64,000 nt of DNA from Acidobacteriota bacterium (GTDB lineage Bacteria > Acidobacteriota > UBA4820 > DSQY01), in assembly GCA_049591295.1 (NCBI GenBank), contig JBAWEQ010000130.1, positions 17,138-81,137 of the forward strand, read 5' to 3'. The notes under the pieces were generated by a model, which was not told the DNA's origin, ran no database searches, and saw only the letters and a list, made by a program, of their open reading frames with translations. Below are positions 60,263 through 64,000 of the stretch, piece by piece. The position numbers and the translations under genes were made by a program. The number at the start of each line of letters is the position of its first letter. Position 1 is the first letter of the stretch.

Positions 60263-60763
60263 ATGGAAGAGAGAAACTCCAGCGAAGTGGAGCTGCGGGA
60301 ACAGGTGGTCTCCATCCGCCGCGTCACCAAGGTCGTGAAGGGCGGAAAGAACTTCTCGTTCTCGGCCCTCGTGGTCGTGGGGGACGGCAACGGCAAGGTG
60401 GGATTCGGCCTGGGCAAGGCCCGCGAGGTGCCGTTGGCGATCTCCAAGGGGATCGAACAGGCGAAGCGATGCATGGTGAGGGTTTCCCTCCAGGGCAATA
60501 CCATCCCCCACTACGTGGAAGGCCGCTTTGGCGCCGGCCACGTGATCCTCAGGCCCGCATCGAAGGGGACGGGCGTGATCGCGGGCGGGGCCATCCGGGC
60601 CGTCATGGAGGCCGCGGGCATCCAGGACATCCTCACCAAGTGCGTGGGCACGAACAACCCGCAGAACGTGGTGAAGGCGGCCGTGGAGGGCCTTCTGAAG
60701 CTCCAGAGCCCCGAGAGCGTCGCCCGCAAGCGCGGCAAGGCCCTTGAAGAGATCGTGGGGTAG
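60263..60763 (+). CDS. rpsE: 30S ribosomal protein S5
   Basis: ...[40 protein letters not shown]. Confidence 0.97.
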   Translation: MEERNSSEVELREQVVSIRRVTKVVKGGKNFSFSALVVVGDGNGKVGFGLGKAREVPLAISKGIEQAKRCMVRVSLQGNTIPHYVEGRFGAGHVILRPASKGTGVIAGGAIRAVMEAAGIQDILTKCVGTNNPQNVVKAAVEGLLKLQSPESVARKRGKALEEIVG

Positions 60764-60766
60764 GCC

Positions 60767-60973
60767 ATGGCTGAGAGAAAGAAAAAGGCGACCAAGGAAA
60801 AGCAGTTGGTGGTGACCCTGATCCGCCGCCCGGGCACCGAGAAGCTCCGCCGCGTCACCTGGAGCATGGGGCTCAGAAAACTCAACCGCTCCCACCGGTA
60901 CCCTGATCGGCCGGAGATCCGCGGCATGATCTTCGCGGTCAAGCACCTGGTCCGGGTCAGCGAAGAAGCGTAA
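60767..60973 (+). CDS. rpmD: 50S ribosomal protein L30
   Basis: 68 aa. ...[27 protein letters not shown]. Position between rpsE and rplO. Confidence 0.92.
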   Translation: MAERKKKATKEKQLVVTLIRRPGTEKLRRVTWSMGLRKLNRSHRYPDRPEIRGMIFAVKHLVRVSEEA

Positions 60974-60984
60974 GGAGGCCCCCG

Positions 60985-61427
60985 ATGTTTCTCTCCGAGT
61001 TGCGACCGGCGAAAGGCGCCAAGAAGAGCCCCAAGCGGATCGGCCGCGGCCCAGGTTCCGGCAAGGGCAAGACGGCCGGGAAGGGCGAGAAGGGCCAGAA
61101 GTCCCGTTCAGGGTTCCATCAGAATCCCGGCTTCGAGGGCGGCCAGATGCCCCTCCAGAGGCGAATCCCCAAGCGGGGGTTCACCAACCTCTTCGCTCAT
61201 CGGTACGAGGTGGTCAACCTGACCCGGCTGGCCGGGTTCGAGGCCGGCAGCGAGGTCAACGCCAAAGTGCTCAAGCACGCGGGCCTCATCCGCAAGGAGA
61301 GCTCCGCCGTGAAGATTCTGGGCGGCGGATCGCTGGACCGCGCCATCACGGTCGTGGCGGATGCCTTCTCGGACAGCGCCCGCAAGGCCATTGAGGCTGC
61401 GGGCGGCCGGGCGGAGGTGAGGAAGCC

Positions 61428-61431
<4 letters not shown>
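60985..61431 (+). CDS. rplO: 50S ribosomal protein L15
   Basis: ...[26 protein letters not shown]....[17 protein letters not shown]. Confidence 0.97.
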
Positions 61432-62836
<1,405 letters not shown>

Positions 62837-62837
<1 letters not shown>

Positions 62838-63487
62838 TGAGCCAGAAGAATTTGGTACTGCTGGGACCGCCTGGAGCGGGGAAGGGAACCCAGGCCAAGG
62901 AGCTGGCGGCGCGCCTGCGCGTCCCGCACATCTCCACGGGCGACATGCTGCGCGAGGCCGTTCGCGAGGGCACGCCGCTCGGGCTGAAGGCGAAGGCCGT
63001 CATGGAGTCGGGCGGGCTGGTCTCCGATGAGCTGCTCACCGGCATCGTCAAGGAGCGGCTCGCCAAGGCCGACTGCGCCCCAGGGTTCATCCTGGACGGC
63101 TACCCGCGCAACCTCTCCCAGGCTTCGATCCTGGAGGGGATCCTCACGGAGCTGGGCAAGCAGGACGTGCTGGCCCTGGAACTCGAAGTGGCCGACGAGG
63201 TGATCGTCAAGAGGCTGTCGAGCCGGCGGAGCTGCCCCGGCTGCGGCACCGTCTACAATCTCGTCTTTTCCCCCCCCAAGCGGGAGGGGCTTTGCGACAA
63301 GTGCAGCGCGGGCCTGGTGCAGCGCGACGACGACCGGGAAGACGTGATCCGCGAGCGGCTGCGCGTGTATCACGAGAAGACGGCGCCCCTGTCCGACCAT
63401 TACCGTCGCCGGGGACTCCTGAAGACAGTCCCGGGGGACCGCGAACCTTCTCAGGTTCTCGCCGCCCTGGAGAGAGCGATTGGATGA
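62837..63487 (+). CDS. adk: Adenylate kinase (long, zinc-lid variant)
   Basis: MSQKNLVLLGPPGAGKGTQA P-loop. Lid with CPGCG...CDKC (Cys4). ATG 62837 overlaps the last base of the secY stop; TTG 62834 is an alternative. Confidence 0.96.
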
Positions 63488-64000
63488 TTCATTTGAAGGC
63501 GCCTGAAGAGATCGAGATCATGGACCGGGCCAACCGGATCGTCCACACGATCCTGGACCGGCTGGGCGAGGAACTCGCGCCCGGCGTCGTGCTCCGGGAC
63601 CTGGACCGGCTGGCCGAGTCCCTGACCAAGCAGATGGGCGGCAAGCCCGCCTTCAAGGGATACGGCGGATTCCCGGCCTCGGTCTGCATCTCCGTGAACG
63701 ACGAGGTCGTGCACGGCATTCCGGGGCCCCGGGTGATTCAGCCGGGGGACTTGGTCTCGCTGGACTTCGGCGTCATTGTGGACGGATACTACGGTGACGC
63801 GGCCCGCACCTTTCCGGTGGGGGACGTGGATCCGGAAGGCGTCCGCCTCCTGGCCGTGACCCGGACGTCCCTCGAGAAGGGGGTGGAACAGGTCCGCGTC
63901 GGGAGTCGCGTCTCGGATGTGTCCCACGCCGTCCAGGAGTACGCGGAGGGCCACGGCTATTCGGTGGTCCGCGACTACGTGGGCCACGGCATCGGGCGCG
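63484..64000 (+). CDS. map: Methionine aminopeptidase type I, N-terminal part (3' end outside window)
   Basis: ATG 63484 overlaps the adk stop (ATGA). MIHLKAPEEIEIMDRANRIV...FKGYGGFPASVCISVNDEVVHGIPG...SLDFGVIVDGYYGDAA...DYVGHGIGR. Frame open to the window end. Confidence 0.93.
   Translation, partial: MIHLKAPEEIEIMDRANRIVHTILDRLGEELAPGVVLRDLDRLAESLTKQMGGKPAFKGYGGFPASVCISVNDEVVHGIPGPRVIQPGDLVSLDFGVIVDGYYGDAARTFPVGDVDPEGVRLLAVTRTSLEKGVEQVRVGSRVSDVSHAVQEYAEGHGYSVVRDYVGHGIGR

Overview
GC-rich bacterial chromosomal window with strong GC3 bias, and almost entirely core housekeeping genes.

**Left third (1-21.4 kb)**
- uvrA, a tryptophanase/tyrosine-phenol-lyase-family gene, an orphan thiS and tRNA-Val.
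- An F1Fo ATP synthase operon (b', b, delta, alpha, gamma, beta, epsilon) with no a/c subunit genes.
- The origin-proximal cluster rpmH-rnpA-yidD-yidC-mnmE-mnmG-rsmG-parA-parB. It carries two perfect parS palindromes, and a bactofilin gene is translationally coupled to parB.

**Middle (21.4-39.4 kb)**
- An M24 aminopeptidase and a minus-strand string yggS-divIVA-hutI-glmU-glmS.
- Two SLT lytic transglycosylases, an orphan prkA and a GT4 glycosyltransferase.
- A second bactofilin coupled to an excisionase-HTH/receiver protein.
- A secreted coiled-coil protein plus an orphan sigma54 enhancer-binding response regulator.
- sppA, a NifU-like gene and an AMMECR1 gene.

**39.4-47.1 kb** is the only accessory-looking stretch. 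It holds a 4xPKD secreted protein, then a near-consensus sigma54 promoter with an upstream inverted repeat, a small putative secreted ORF, and a 1615-aa sedolisin (S53) protease. The sedolisin carries 6 CarboxypepD_reg-like repeats and 3 copies of a ~165-aa module.

**Right end (47.1-64 kb)**: tRNA-Ser, tadA and the str-S10-spc ribosomal operons (rpsL through secY-adk-map).

I saw no rRNA, CRISPR array, transposase, integrase or phage genes. Several intergenic regions share a self-consistent promoter pattern, TTGACN-N17/18-TAnnCT.

The best candidates for something not yet described are the two bactofilin modules and the sigma54-driven secreted-protease locus. None of them is a clear-cut novel system.

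All product calls rest on motifs recognised by eye in the supplied translations. No database search, HMM or folding computation was run. The lineage guess (Acidobacteriota- or Myxococcota-like) is weak inference from gene content.
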